Shown here: piece by piece, positions 1 through 13,285 of the stretch
Layout: each line of letters begins with the position of its first letter
Numbering within the stretch: position 1 is the first letter of the stretch
From: Corallochytrium limacisporum Hawaii
Lineage: Eukaryota > Protista > Pluriformea
Direction of reading: 5' to 3'
NCBI GenBank assembly: GCA_002811645.1
Contig: PDIP01000152.1
Span: 3,326 to 46,060, forward strand
DNA length: 42,735 nt
Position numbers and translations under genes: made by a program
The notes under the pieces: model-generated
The model's database searches: none
What the model was told of the DNA's origin: nothing
Seen by the model: the letters and a program-made list of their open reading frames with translations, nothing else

Positions 1-1339
1 CAAGCGACGGCAGAGCTAAATCAAAATGAGTAGATTTGATACAATATTCCCAGACAGAGGGTGGTACCACCTACCACCCAGCAATATACCTTGCAGCCGT
101 AGAGATAGTAAGGGTACTGATCTGGTGGTATCCGGATTTCATATCCAGTGTGCGCAGTAGGAATGGGCCTATGTAGTCTTTATCATTCTCATTCGGACAG
201 ATCATCAAATGATGAGTTTACGAAGGGTTTCATTTCGTTGTGTATGCATAAACGACAAGTGAGTGAATCAGTTTTATCCGTTTCTGGCAATATTCCAAGT
301 ACCGCTTTAGTGTCTCGGTGCCATGTAGTTTGCAACTTAAACTGCATAGTTATGTGAAGGTGTGCAGATTGCAAGAGACGTCTGTTGCCATTTTTTTTCA
401 TTTTCTCTGAACCCTAAGCCCAAAGTTCGCATCCTTCTGATACCGCCGACGTCTAACCAGAGAGCAATTTTCCGGATATCTCGGGACACGTCCGGCGCCC
501 GCCAACTGCCAATGTTCTGTTGGCATAGGAAGATCGTTGTACATTTGTATTAGTAATTGTGCTCAACTGCGATACTAGAACCGGCTGATTTCGGCCTATC
601 GCACGGTAGAGAGTGCTCATGCATCTTGAAGAATTGTCTGCGTGCTAGTTGGTTGTCGCGACCATGGTCAGCGAGAGTGACGAGAGCCCGAGAGAAAGAC
701 TCACACAGGTGGCGACAAGGACATACAGGGAGAGATAGGAGCTGTCTGGCACCACCATAGATGTGCTTGTCACAACAAATCATTTGTCATGTGCCCGATG
801 TCCTGCTCTAGGACATTCACAGGGAAAGGATGGATTTCTGCAGACCAGTTCATTCATTCCTCTGTAATCAGAGTCCGACGTGCAAGATGCATGACCAGGA
901 AGGACTCCTTGCTTTGATCGAGGATGTGTGTTCGTCACTTGGGTTGCTCCCTGGCATCACAATTTACGTGCCACAGGCCATAACTATGACAAATGACTGT
1001 AACCGCTGACAAGGGTCTTTCGGTGTCCAGGCGTCTCACCAAATAGATTCACTCCTAAACGGACGCGGGCTGTGACTCGTCCTGCCTGTGCTTGGAAGGG
1101 ATGAGAAGCGATCACAGCGATTGGAGTGTGCGCGTAGAGTATTTAAGGCACCATTTAACGACATCCAGAGATTCTAACCACAAACGTATAGCTTGAACTC
1201 AATCTGCGTATTCGACATAAACCACAACCTTCAGGTTTTACATCTTATTCAGTTTATTTGATCATCAGTCTCGAATTTGCTAACCACTTTGGGCTTTTAT
1301 CAAATTGGGTCCGTTCGGTTTGTAGCGACCCCATCCCTG

Positions 1340-1387
1340 GTGAATCAGTTATATTCTCAAATAGTGAATCAGTTATATTCCCAAATA
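1340..1387. repeat. 24-bp tandem duplication (gtgaatcagttatattc[t/c]caaata x2)
   Basis: Copies at 1340-1363 and 1364-1387 differ by one base. Confidence 0.9.
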
Positions 1388-3065
1388 AAGCGTATGTGCG
1401 TAGGTACATAGATGCAGACCTATGGACAGCCAATTGTACAACGGTCAATTTTACACAGAACTACCGCAAGCGCGGTGATGAAAGGGGGTTACCGAGGAGA
1501 CCGGTTGGCGTGGTAGGAATCCAGATCATACGGGAAGACAAAGTCACTAAGAAAATCGATCGTGCTACTTCAGTGTTACAGTTTGTCCCACGGACGCGCT
1601 GGTAACCACCGCGAGTTGCAAGGATCACCCCAGTAAATAACATAATGACAATGCACAACAAAGAAATATCAGCCAAAACTCGATCCGTGATAGGGTTGCG
1701 GGCCATTTGCCCCTTTCAATTTGACCGATGCCAGCGGAAGTCATGTAAACGTTTGGCAGGTCATAGGGTCAGAATCTTAATTTCAAGACCTTAGTATTCG
1801 AAAATACTCCGCTTTTCTTTCCCGAAATATGCACTTCCTTATGTGCACCCATCTGGATTCGACCGTCGAGTTTTGCGTACTGGAGGCCAGATCTTCGACC
1901 CTTTAGGTCACCAGGCCAGTGACAGTCTCTGGTTTATGGCATCGGCAGGTGTTGGATAAAAGTTGTTGAAACTTCTTAATCATCAAGAGCAAAAGCACTC
2001 CTGGGCTTTTGATTCTTGTACACAGCCCAACAATCAAAACGTGGAACAAATGAGTTATGCAGATTAATCGATCTGGAAGTGGCAATATTCAACTAGCACT
2101 AGAATTACGCAAGTCACACACCAGGATGTCATACTGAAGCCTCGAACTATGAGAATGGTACACTGTATGCTTGACATTTGATTACATTGACAATGCGGAT
2201 TTTGCCTCGGATCAATGTCCTCGAGTTGCAGATTTTCCACAAGGCTCCAACAATTGTATTTGCTGTCTACTAGATCTGCGGGCCATTTTACATGATTGCA
2301 CTCGCCGTCATGGCCGGACTCGCCACTGCTGCCTCGACAGAGGAGTGCCCTGAGATTCCCTGTAAGATCAGTACTAACTGCTGTGCAACCGCGGTTGCTA
2401 CAATGACGAAGTCAGTAGGTGCAATCCATACTCTCTGGCTGGAACGGCGGACACATCAACGCTAATGCAAACATGGATCTCCCTGCTGTAACGGCAGGTC
2501 CGTCAAGGAGATCTGCTCGCCGTCCGGCACCTGGGCCAACGACGAGCCGTATTACTTGGATTTGAGTGCGCCGACGGCGGGTGCCCACCCCCCACCGAAG
2601 GGCAACCTAATGGCTTATGGGTGACCGTCACGACTCATGCAGCTAAATCATACAGTGCATACTATCGACCTCCAGGAGCTTGTGAACAAGAACTTGACTT
2701 GCAGCCACAAGCAGGCATTTGTACATTGTCAAATCACAATTGTCTCCTCAAGTTTATTTCACGCTTCGGAGTACTCATGTTTCAAGCTTCCATTCCGCAC
2801 AAGCTATGCCACTTAGTGGGGTGTCCGGCCCTAGTTGATACCTTTCTAGTTACTGTACTCCCCGATGCTTCCAGCGAAGTGACCCCTAACCCTAACCCTG
2901 ATTTTGGTGCGGCCTCTTTCAAATCGATTGTCAATAGTTTCAATTATGCACAAGAAGGTTAATGTGTATACGACCGTTTGACGATCATAGATCTGGCCTC
3001 CGTCTGAATGAAAGACAGAATAGTACAGGCTCTGTGACTGCTAGATTTCCGGCTAAGAAAGTTCT

Positions 3066-4307
3066 CTAGGCAAATTGGGCTGCAAGGTGACGAGATATGA
3101 TCAAACGCTGGATCTGGTCCGTGCCTCCGTAAATTTGGAAGATCTTTGCATCGCGCATCAACTTCTCGACTGGATACTCAGCGTTGAACCCGTTACCACC
3201 AAGGATCTGCACGGCAGTGGATGCGTTCCTATTAGCAACATCAGCCGCCAGGGCCTTAGCCAGCGATGCGTAGTAGGTGTTGCGACGCCCAGCATCAATC
3301 TCGACCGCAGCCTTGTAAGTCAGCAGACGGGCGGCTTCAACGCCGATGGTCATATCGGCAAGCATGGCACCAACGAGCTGGTGATTAGTCAGGGGAGTTT
3401 GAAGTGTCTCGCGCTCTAGACAGTACTTCATAGCCTCCTCCAGGGCGCGACGTCCTACACCGATGGCGCCAGATGCAATCAAAGGACGGGTCTTGTCGAA
3501 GGCTCCCATTGCAATCTTGAAGCCGATACCTACGTCAGACAGACGATTCTCGTCAGGGACCTCGACATCCTCAAAGAAAATGCCCCGTGTGTCGGAGGCA
3601 CGCTGGCCCATGTTCCACTCCTTACGACCCAAGGTGACACCGGAAGTATCGGCATCCACGATGAATCCGGTCATGGCCTTACCAGCCGAGGTGTTGGCAT
3701 CAGTCTTGGCCAGCACAAAGTACCAATTGGCCACTCCGCCGTTGGTGATCCACATCTTCTGTCCGTTAATAATCCACTTGTCGCCCTTCTTCTCAGCCTT
3801 GGTCTTGATACCAGCGACATCGGAGCCGGCACCAGGCTCGGTGACGGCGTAGGCAGCCATAACCGGCTCCTCAATCAACCGACCGAGGTACTTCTTCTGC
3901 TGCTCCCGAGACCCCGCCAGTACAACGGGCGCCGTGGCCAGTGTATTACCCTCAGCGGCGATGGAAATACCGGAGCAACCGTAAGCAAGCTCTTCACTCA
4001 GGATGCAACCCTCGAGAATTCCGAGACCAAGACCACCAGCCTGCTCGGGGATGTGAGTGTTCAATATACCCAGAGTGTGCATTTTCTTAATGATTTCCCA
4101 GGGGTACTCGCCAGTTTGGTCATGGTGTGCGGCGGCAGGAACCACCTCGTCCCGAACAAACGTACGGGCAATCTCTTGGAACTTCTTCTGCTCGCTGCTG
4201 AGCTCGAAAGAGACACCGGACAAGCCACGCCGGATGGTCACAGCCGGGCCAGGTGCAGTCACGGAGCCGCGTCTGGAGACAAAGGAGACGAGAGACAGTA
4301 GAGCCAT
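3066..4307 (-). CDS. ACADM: Medium-chain acyl-CoA dehydrogenase-like protein (mitochondrial precursor), single exon
   Basis: MCAD-type motifs [48 protein letters not shown] and [24 protein letters not shown]. The N-terminus is Arg/Ser-rich like a presequence. First ATG is at 4307 (the ORF track starts at GTG 4316). The catalytic motif reads IYGGT rather than IYEGT. Confidence 0.93.
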   Translation of the reverse strand: MALLSLVSFVSRRGSVTAPGPAVTIRRGLSGVSFELSSEQKKFQEIARTFVRDEVVPAAAHHDQTGEYPWEIIKKMHTLGILNTHIPEQAGGLGLGILEGCILSEELAYGCSGISIAAEGNTLATAPVVLAGSREQQKKYLGRLIEEPVMAAYAVTEPGAGSDVAGIKTKAEKKGDKWIINGQKMWITNGGVANWYFVLAKTDANTSAGKAMTGFIVDADTSGVTLGRKEWNMGQRASDTRGIFFEDVEVPDENRLSDVGIGFKIAMGAFDKTRPLIASGAIGVGRRALEEAMKYCLERETLQTPLTNHQLVGAMLADMTIGVEAARLLTYKAAVEIDAGRRNTYYASLAKALAADVANRNASTAVQILGGNGFNAEYPVEKLMRDAKIFQIYGGTDQIQRLIISRHLAAQFA

Positions 4308-6840
4308 GTCTGTCACAATGTGTGCTTATTGTTTTAGGCCCAAAAAAATGAGACTTAGGATTCTGTTCTTCACTGTGTGTATAGTTTGATCTATTAGGCT
4401 TAAATTCCATGAGAGTACGCGTCTGACGAAGATTTGCTTGATCCAACTGTAGAACATGCAAGTGCAACATCATCAGACAAAACGCACAAAAATACACCGT
4501 GTTGGAAACTAAATCACGGAGGATAATCAGACAGCAGTGTGTGCAACACTCCACGAAAGCTAAAGACAAACTTTTGAAAGCAACACTGGCAACACTGCCC
4601 ACCAAAAGAGCCGCAGAATAGACTGTTAGGACTGTCCATCGTCTACCGTGCGCTGGTAGCGGTTCAAGGGTGAGAAACTTGCGCCGTTGCCGCACAACTC
4701 CAGGCCCCCTACCGAACCCTATCCACCGCCGATAGATTCATTTCCAGTAAACCACCAATGCTCATGCAGTGAATGGCATCGCCGCCATTCAAATGCAGTT
4801 CAAGGCAGTGGAATTTAATGGATGACACTACACCTTCGACTTGAGGGTCAAATCTCCCAAAAACTTGAGCCTCTGACAACTCGTCAAATCATGATGGACA
4901 CATTACAATTATGAAACGCTTTCTCTGTAATTTACAATCTTGTGCACAAAGTACCATAATGTCAGTACAAGCAGGGGGTAGTAGCAAGAGGACCAGGGCG
5001 GGCGACAATGGCGACGTCGGTGTCGGTGCCGGCTCCTGTAGCGCATCCACTCGGGTGCGTATGAATCCACCGATCTCGCGCTGAGAAATTGTCACAGGCA
5101 TAATGTAAACGATGATATTGATTAAGCTGCTCTGATGTTGAAGATTGACCATAGCAACAGGAAACCTCCAAGGAGCATTGTCATTCCGCATCTGTGGAAC
5201 ATAGAGGATGACATCGAGGGTCCATTCATCAATGGTCATGACCCCCATGGGAAGTCTACCCGGGCCCGAGAATCTGGATGGATGGTTACAAGTTCCACGC
5301 AAATTCCGCCCTCTAACCGTGGCGCACATGACTTTGGCTGTCAATCCGTGGAACATCTTCATGCTTTCTTGATAATTGTCACTGACTCTGTAATTGATGA
5401 TCCTCTTTACCTTCCAGATCCAATTTTCCACACCAACCCTACCGAAAAAATAGACCGGGCAGATTTATTCTGGAATGGGACTACATCTGTATATGGTTCA
5501 AGTCTGGTCGGTTGTGTTGTGATATGATAATCTCCGCGCCCGTTAAGGTGAAAGTGGTCGTGGTCTGGGGAGGATCGTCTCTTGCCTGGTCTGGGTTGCA
5601 TCCCCCCTTGTCGTTATTGTTTTCCATAACCCATTGGGCATCACATCGGCGGTAGGTAAATAATGTATAATCGGCCGGCTTTTCTCATGCTATTGTCGGA
5701 AAACTATATGGGTACCTCATGTCCCCACAGCAATCCTCAAATTTCTTACAACAGCCCAGCCAGCGAGTGCACCCAACCAATCTCTCGGGGTCCTGAACTG
5801 TAACACAGCCCATTACGGCTCACTTTGATGCCTCCACACGGATCTCAGTCTGCTTTAGCCCTTTCGACATCAGGAAGGATGACCCACGGGACAATGTCGT
5901 AAGGTGTATCCTACACCCAATAACGGTTTCACATGTGAAGGGAGAGCAGCATTGAGGACTTTTTGCGCATGCTCCCAGGTAGGATACGCTCTCTACGAAA
6001 GACGTATAATACCATGTATATCTGTGATCTAACAGGGAGCGGAGAAAATTCACTGCAAATTCGATGGGCTCTCTGTTTTCAAGAGTAATCTGTGCAGATC
6101 CCGCCCCAGTCGAGACGAGAACATTATCCGCAGATCGAATGCGGATAAGAAATAGGGTTCTTTCCTTATAGAGTAATATTGGCTTCAGGGCCGTCCTGTG
6201 TCTCCTGATCGCACGGAATGATTCTAGTCTTCAGCATGGTCTCACAGAATCGCGCATGAAATATCATGGTCACTGAGGTTAGAAGAAAACATCATCATGT
6301 TTTCTTTTTCATGGGAACGGTGCCTTCGTACCTTAAGTACAGATTGACGCTCTGTGGACAGCACTAACCCGAAACAACTACGCGGTAGAGCCTGGTTTGG
6401 TATCTGGTCCTGAGAAGTGCTCTGGACTTCCAATTTCCCAGATACACAACCAAACTTGTATGAGAACTCTCGTCCAAATCTTACAAACCCTTACCACGGA
6501 ACTTTCCAACCTTGGAAACAGCCGTTGGACCTATGGGCGTCTCACAAGCATCGGAACAATACCATCACCCCAGCAGAACGTGGTTCTGAACACTGTCGTG
6601 GACTGTAATTTCTCCGTACAGCGCGTGCCACTGTCAGTAAATCAGAAATGAAGGTGTTGCATTTTCTATGCCAGTAAGATTGTGGTATTTGTTTTCGTGC
6701 ACTTGAGAGTCTTAGAGAGACCTTTAGCCCTCAAATCCTCTCAAACTGACCACACGTGGGGATCAGCAATCACCTGGTTTGGGATCAGGCACAGTTAAGA
6801 CCATTAACTAGCAAAATTTTCTCATATTCAAGTACCAAGC

Positions 6841-7290
6841 ATGAAATTCATCTTTTTTGCCGTTATTGGGCTTGTTTCTTTGGCATCAGCAGCTCCGACT
6901 GACGACTGTGACTATATCTACTACCAAACAGTTAAAGTACATTGCTCCCAACATTGGTGTGATGAGTTCAATGACCTTCAAAACATGGACGGTGAGATGA
7001 AAATCGGCTACGGGAATAGTGAGATGGAAGGCAAACCTGATTATGTGCGGGATGCTACCCATGCTCACACATGGGACAATTGGGAGACTGATCTAGAAGT
7101 GGAGGTGAAGAAAGGGCAAAGACCCTGGCTCTGGCTTAAGGTTAGAAACGAGAACATACTGGACATTTGGTCCGTGGAAGTAGACAAAAATGTGACTCTG
7201 CCCATGATAGAAGAAGCAAAGACGGACCAGGTGCAGATTATGGATGGGGGCTGTTATAAGTGTCAGGTTACATACTACACAATGTGCTAG
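6841..7290 (+). CDS. Small secreted protein (149 aa, signal peptide, 6 Cys), possibly C2-like beta-sandwich
   Basis: Clear signal peptide MKFIFFAVIGLVSLASA/AP, six cysteines, ATG start and globular-protein composition. Confidence 0.8.
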   Translation: MKFIFFAVIGLVSLASAAPTDDCDYIYYQTVKVHCSQHWCDEFNDLQNMDGEMKIGYGNSEMEGKPDYVRDATHAHTWDNWETDLEVEVKKGQRPWLWLKVRNENILDIWSVEVDKNVTLPMIEEAKTDQVQIMDGGCYKCQVTYYTMC

Positions 7291-8846
7291 TGTGTATGCA
7301 TGTGTATGCATATCACTTCCTACCTTCAAAAGGCAAATAATCTCGAAGTGTAACATTTGTGCTTTGTAACAGCTCCTTGTCATGCAAAACTAACAGTGTA
7401 CTTGCAGTGCGCCAGTGTGGCAATTGGCAGATTGGTGGGTTCTTGTGGCGAGCAATCCCATAAATCTGTGGCACACAATCCGTCCCTTGCCTTTGATAAA
7501 CTCTCAGTCCGTGTTCCAAATTTCTTTCCCTGTGGATTTAAGTCAGTGGGACGCACCAAACAGGAAGATATCAGTTTCTCCTCGCCGTAATGAATTCGGA
7601 TGGTCACTCTCTAAAGATCTTCCGACGAGATCTCATCAGCGTTCCTTCCTTCCAGTGCGCAATTGGTCAGTCTACGGTTCGAAATATACCACAAACAATC
7701 CAAACACAATACCCAAGAAAAAGTTGGTTACACAGATGTCCGTATATGGGAAGACATGGAACCTCCAAAGTATTCGAAAGGGTAGTGGGTGGAATTGTGA
7801 ATATGATCTTTTTTGATTTAAAACAATATTTATATTGCGGATGGTAACTGGTGAGCAGAGCAATTAATCTTTGTATCCAACACTACCACGCTTTTCTCTC
7901 CCAGCCTCCCGTACCCCGACCTCTCTTCCAGAACGGACAGTATTCTGCTGCCGTGCGAGAGCCCCATACTTTGGCCCTGCCATACCCTTTTCCTGTGAGG
8001 TCCACATGAGTCGATTAGGTTAGTGTATAGTGGTGTTCTCGGTAGAGGTCCCCGCTTAAAGGCCAAATAGTTCAAGAGAGAAGAACCACACTACGATCTC
8101 CCTCCTCATATGGGTCCCAATTGCAAAGTGTGGTTTGGGCAGTTCAGAGCAATCGATTGCTCCTTGCTCACAAAGCCCGTATGAGTGCTTTCCGCGAACT
8201 CATGAACTGTTTCTGCCCATCATCTCACGGGAAGCCAGTCACGAGCATTTGTTTTCAGTACAGAAATAGCAGGGGAATCCGTTACGCTTAAACTCATTTT
8301 CCTATCTCACCTTTACGTTAATGAATGCCCACCACAGTTGTCCCGCGGGCACCACCGGAACCACCGATATGAGACTTACACAGTAAACAGGGCGGACACA
8401 CTGAAGCAAAGGCATCGATATGGCTCTGGGTGTGGATCAGATACCGCAATGGACGTAGTACTCCATAAAGGGGGAGGTGCTGCCGACAGTTTAGGCTTCA
8501 TGGAGGAAACAGCCAAATTGCCTCACCTTTTTCCTATAATTTTCCTCTACCACGGACACTCCCCCTCTCGGTTGAGGTTTAATTGCCCGCATCACAACAT
8601 TTGAACCCAACCCCAACCGGGCTGTCCATATGTGCGGTGTCGCTTTCGACAGTCCCTGGGTATATAGCTTTTGGGTCCTTGTCCTGTACTACTCACTTTG
8701 AGGCTCTCGGGCAGACACTGTCTATCTTCCTGTTCTTGAAACATTCTCTACAATCTCTTATAAAAAGTATCATAGGGATTTCGCAATACACCTGAGTTTC
8801 GACCCCATGTCCAATATGTGAGTGAGCTCCTAAATTCGGTGGGCAC

Positions 8847-8937
8847 GGCACAGCATCTACTATTTTGCTTCAGGTCCACATAGCCAAAGTATGAGCTGGT
8901 ACACACCGGTGGGCACAGCATCTACTATTTGCTTCAG
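8847..8937. repeat. Short direct repeat ggcacagcatctactattt(t)gcttcag x2
   Basis: Copies at 8847-8873 and 8912-8937 differ by a single T. Confidence 0.85.
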
Positions 8938-9307
8938 ATGTGCCGCAGATACTAATCGACACATTGCTTTGCATTTGGTGAAAAATGTAAACGAAAATGC
9001 TATGTATTACTAATCTATGTGAATCTACGTGTAGCGGCACGGGGATGGGTAACGGGCCCCCCTCACCAATTCCGTGCCTGCCTTTGCTCGTCTCTTCCCG
9101 ATGGGTGCCAGTAGATGTTATGCTATGTCTTACAGGAATTACCTTTGTAGGAGATGGCATCATCAAAACGTTCGCTTTGATTGAGAGCCCGTGCCAGTGA
9201 TGAGGCCCAGTGATGGAAAACTATGAAAAAAAGTGAAAAAATTTTCTGGGAGGGGAGGCCAGGAGGGAGGGCTGGCAGAACTGCGGTCCTTCAGAAAGGC
9301 ACACATT

Positions 9308-10723
9308 CTAGGGGCCTCCGCACAGATAGTCGTCAGTGCTGGGCGGGACGTGGAAGATTCTGAAACTGCTGGCCGCCTGGACAATGTCATAGACAGAGTA
9401 GTAGGTAGCAGCCACGGCAAAGGCACTAAGAATAAGAACGGTGACTCCGAAGGTAGCCTTCACCTGCATGCTCAATTCCTCACGGTGAATCGCCCAGTAG
9501 ATGACGATAGGACCAGCAATGGACTGGCAGATCAGAGCCAGACCAACAACAGCCTCTTCCAGGTCACTAAAGAAGGGAATGAGGAGCGCAACGAGTAGGA
9601 TGGTGGCCCACACAAAGGTGCGCAGAATAATACGTCCAAATCCATACCGATTGCGGTACAACCAACCCCGCTCAGTCTCCTTCTTGCCAAACATGCGCTC
9701 CTCATGGGCAGCATTCACGGGCATCTTGTCGATGTCGGCCTCAAAGTTGGGCTTGGTTTCCTCGCTCTTGGTCTCGCCTGTCTCTGCTGCGTTCTCGAGA
9801 GCAGGCTGTTGCGACTCAGCATTCTGAGTGTAGTTGATTTCGATCTGCAGGATCCACCTTTCCACGATGATCACAAACGGGTTCAGCAAGAGTGGTCCAG
9901 CGACAAGCAAATGACCGCCAACGAGAATGTTGGCGAGGTACCACGGAATGTTGCGGTCCCACTTGGTCAAAATGTTGGAAGGGATTTCACAGCCATAGGC
10001 ACCGTGGTTCAAGGCACCAACCACCGCGTACACGGACAGAAGACTGATGATCACCAAGATGATGGGCCAGTGCATGTTCTTTGGGTACTTCATGTTACGG
10101 CGCGTTGAGGGGACCAAAATGTTGAAAGTGTAGGCAAACACGAACAGAGAGACACCTTGAATACCGGTGGAGAAATCCACATTCTCTGGGTTCTCGTATT
10201 CAATGGGCTCGCCGATGTCACTGCCGGCCTCCGCCAGAATGATTACAGTGACACCATAGGAACAGATGGCTGCAAACAACAGCATGCCCGCCATGTCCTT
10301 TACTTCCGGGAGCATACCAATGGGCCACATGGCTGCGACAGTGATGACTACCCAGACCTGGTAATCGAGATTGCTAACGTTCGCAAAGACAGCCTGGAAC
10401 GAGGATGCACACAGGATGAGGTAGATAATGGCTACAAAATATGTGTCTACAATGAATGCACACTGGAACACCCACTTGCCCACCCGTCCGAGATGCTCCT
10501 CGGCCAAATCAACATATGTGAAGGACTTTGATACCTTAAGGTCCTCATTCAAAAGAAGTCCTCCGATAAGCATGAGAATGCTAACGAGGAGAATCAAAGG
10601 GAAGGTCCACCATCCGAACACAGCAAACCCGTATGGAATGGACAAGATACCTGCACCGATGGATGTTGTGGTAAGGGTGAATGTGGCCTTGGCCACATCC
10701 AGAATTTCATCTGTAGGCATCAT
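9308..10723 (-). CDS. Amino acid/auxin permease (AAAP, Aa_trans) family transporter
   Basis: Motifs TSIGAGILSIPYGF, TYVDLAE..LG, FVFAYTF and MKYPKN. About 11 hydrophobic segments, with a charged loop insertion before the final helices. Single exon, 471 aa. Confidence 0.92.
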   Translation of the reverse strand: MMPTDEILDVAKATFTLTTTSIGAGILSIPYGFAVFGWWTFPLILLVSILMLIGGLLLNEDLKVSKSFTYVDLAEEHLGRVGKWVFQCAFIVDTYFVAIIYLILCASSFQAVFANVSNLDYQVWVVITVAAMWPIGMLPEVKDMAGMLLFAAICSYGVTVIILAEAGSDIGEPIEYENPENVDFSTGIQGVSLFVFAYTFNILVPSTRRNMKYPKNMHWPIILVIISLLSVYAVVGALNHGAYGCEIPSNILTKWDRNIPWYLANILVGGHLLVAGPLLLNPFVIIVERWILQIEINYTQNAESQQPALENAAETGETKSEETKPNFEADIDKMPVNAAHEERMFGKKETERGWLYRNRYGFGRIILRTFVWATILLVALLIPFFSDLEEAVVGLALICQSIAGPIVIYWAIHREELSMQVKATFGVTVLILSAFAVAATYYSVYDIVQAASSFRIFHVPPSTDDYLCGGP

Positions 10724-11182
10724 GGTGATGATGTGTTTTGAAGTTTCTGCTTGTAAAATGTGCTAAAGGGGTGCGATGTGCACAAATGAGTGCGTGCGAT
10801 CAGATGTTGAGATCAGTTGTCGTGTCTCGAGACTGTCACTGTGTTATAGCTTCTTCCTGTCAGTGACAATAGTAGGGGGACAAATAGGTCACACATGGGC
10901 AGGCACATTCAACATGTTTCATACTGGTCTCTAGCTGGAGTCTTATACCTTGCCATGGTGCTTACGCGGCACAAACGATTCCGAGGCGCCAATGTTCTCA
11001 GTCCCCTGCTTTGATTGTTCTCGGTCCCCTGCCTTGACGCTATTTTCGTGCTCTGCCCACTACCATCGCCCATCTCCAACTTTATCTTGGATCAATTTCT
11101 ATATGAAATATACTGTATTTTCCTCGGGCTAATTGAGACCCCGCCCTGTACACCTATGAGTTGCCCATCATGACAAACCATT

Positions 11183-11453
11183 NNNNNNNNNNNNNNNNNN
11201 NNNNNNNNNNNNNNNNNNNNNNNNNNNNNNNNNNNNNNNNNNNNNNNNNNNNNNNNNNNNNNNNNNNNNNNNNNNNNNNNNNNNNNNNNNNNNNNNNNNN
11301 NNNNNNNNNNNNNNNNNNNNNNNNNNNNNNNNNNNNNNNNNNNNNNNNNNNNNNNNNNNNNNNNNNNNNNNNNNNNNNNNNNNNNNNNNNNNNNNNNNNN
11401 NNNNNNNNNNNNNNNNNNNNNNNNNNNNNNNNNNNNNNNNNNNNNNNNNNNNN
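11183..11453. other. Assembly gap
   Basis: Run of N. Confidence 1.
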
Positions 11454-11733
11454 TCCTGTCTATCGGGCGATGACCAACAGAGTCCACATGGCGCAGAGTT
11501 TCGCTCTTTTGCCACACCTACAGGTTTACAATTTCGCCATCCATATATTTATTATGGCACATGTACGCCTGCGTGTATTCAGGTGCCTTACTGTGGGTTG
11601 GGGATGACCGCTCCCCTCGACCTTACGGTGGCTGTTTCAGCCACCACTCTCTCTCTCTCTCTGCGTTACTCGACCGCGCACAAGGGTATTCTTCTTGGCT
11701 TGATCTTCCTTAAGAGAGCGGTTCAATAGACGG

Positions 11734-12164
11734 GGCACCCACCTTCCCCTAAAGAAAAACACCTGCTCTCCCCCCCCCTGGGGTAACCGTTTTTCTTATG
11801 ACCGTCAATTGTGTTGCTATTTACGATGATGGGGAATACATTTTNNNNNNNNNNNNNNNNNNGGCACCCACCTTCCCCTAAAGAAAAACCCCTGCTCTCC
11901 CCCCCCCCCTAATTCCCCCCCTCCCTTCTCCCCTCTCTCTTCGCAGTCTATATATACACATAGATCTCTCCCTCTCCCAAGAAATCCGGATTTGGAAAGA
12001 AATTCTCTTCCTTTTAAACGAAAATTTTTTTGGAGAAAGAAAAGAAAACGGTAGGTTAAGCTCCCTAGGTCCTTCCGGAAGTCCTCCCCCCCCCCCCTGG
12101 GGTAACCGTTTTTCTTATGACCGTCAATTGTGTTGCTATTTACGATGATGGGGAATACATTTTT
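11734..12164. repeat. Duplicated segments around an 18-N gap (probable haplotype or assembly artefact)
   Basis: ggcacccaccttcccctaaagaaaaac..polyC and tggggtaaccgtttttcttatgacc..aatacatttt each occur twice. The copy after the gap (11845-11862) has about 190 extra bp between poly-C tracts. Confidence 0.8.
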
Positions 12165-13054
12165 TGTTGGACGTGAAAGACAACGGGTGCCCCTTCTTTC
12201 ACAGTGGGGTGTCTGCTACCTCTAGCCAGCCTCCGCCCCCCCCCTCCCCCCCGCGGGTCCGTGTCTCTCTACCCGGCCTCGATCTCGCCGCCTATGTCGT
12301 TTTGCCCATCATCACGCTTCCTCTTCGGTTTTGACCATCGTCCGTGCGTCTTCCTCCTTCTCGCGGACGGGTCTTCCCAATGGGAAGGTTGGAAGGCGCT
12401 TCCATGGTACTTTGGAGTGCAAAACACTGGAAGAGAATGAAAGAGAAGGAAATTGCTAACAATGACTTCGCGATGCGCGGGTGTGGTCCTGCCAGTTTCC
12501 CCGGTATTGTACCTTCTTGGACTTGTTATGGCGTTCAGGTGTCCAACGTCACAATCGAGTGCGACAGTGGAGGGACATTTGGCCGTGCAAAACACTCTCT
12601 GCTGGTGAGGCCATAAGCTCACCTAACCGTCCGGTGGCGCAGCCACCTGGTCCGGAAGGAAAATTTTAAGCCCATTCGCTAGTGGGGAGAGCGAGGGCCA
12701 GGAAGAGCGAGAGTAGGGCGGGTTGAGGCGGAAGCAGAGGTGAGGAAGGGAGGAAGTGAGGGGCAGCCATCAAAACCGCGCGAGGGGGAGGGAAGGGGGC
12801 CTGGATTTCAATAGGAAAAAAAAATTGGCAAAATTTTCTCTTGTACGGCCGGCTGGAGTGATTGTTTGCAGTAGTTTTCTTAGTTAAAGGCCAATTTTTA
12901 ACCTGGCCCCTAGCGTACCGGATGCATCGCAATTTTACAGCCCACTCGCACAGCCACAGCTCGGCAGGGTCCGCGCCCCCCATGCCTCCCCCTCCCTTTC
13001 CCCCCCCCCTCCTCCCTGTACATTTCCAACAAAACTTTTCCTATTGAAATCCAG

Positions 13055-13285
13055 NNNNNNNNNNNNNNNNNNNNNNNNNNNNNNNNNNNNNNNNNNNNNN
13101 NNNNNNNNNNNNNNNNNNNNNNNNNNNNNNNNNNNNNNNNNNNNNNNNNNNNNNNNNNNNNNNNNNNNNNNNNNNNNNNNNNNNNNNNNNNNNNNNNNNN
13201 NNNNNNNNNNNNNNNNNNNNNNNNNNNNNNNNNNNNNNNNNNNNNNNNNNNNNNNNNNNNNNNNNNNNNNNNNNNNNNNNNNNNN
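13055..13285. other. Assembly gap with duplicated flanks
   Basis: Run of N; cctcctccctgtacatttccaacaaaacttttcc occurs on both sides. Confidence 1.

Noticed and set aside
2884-2901. CCCTAACCCTAACCCTGA telomere-like sequence
   Set aside because: Only two perfect units, too short to call.
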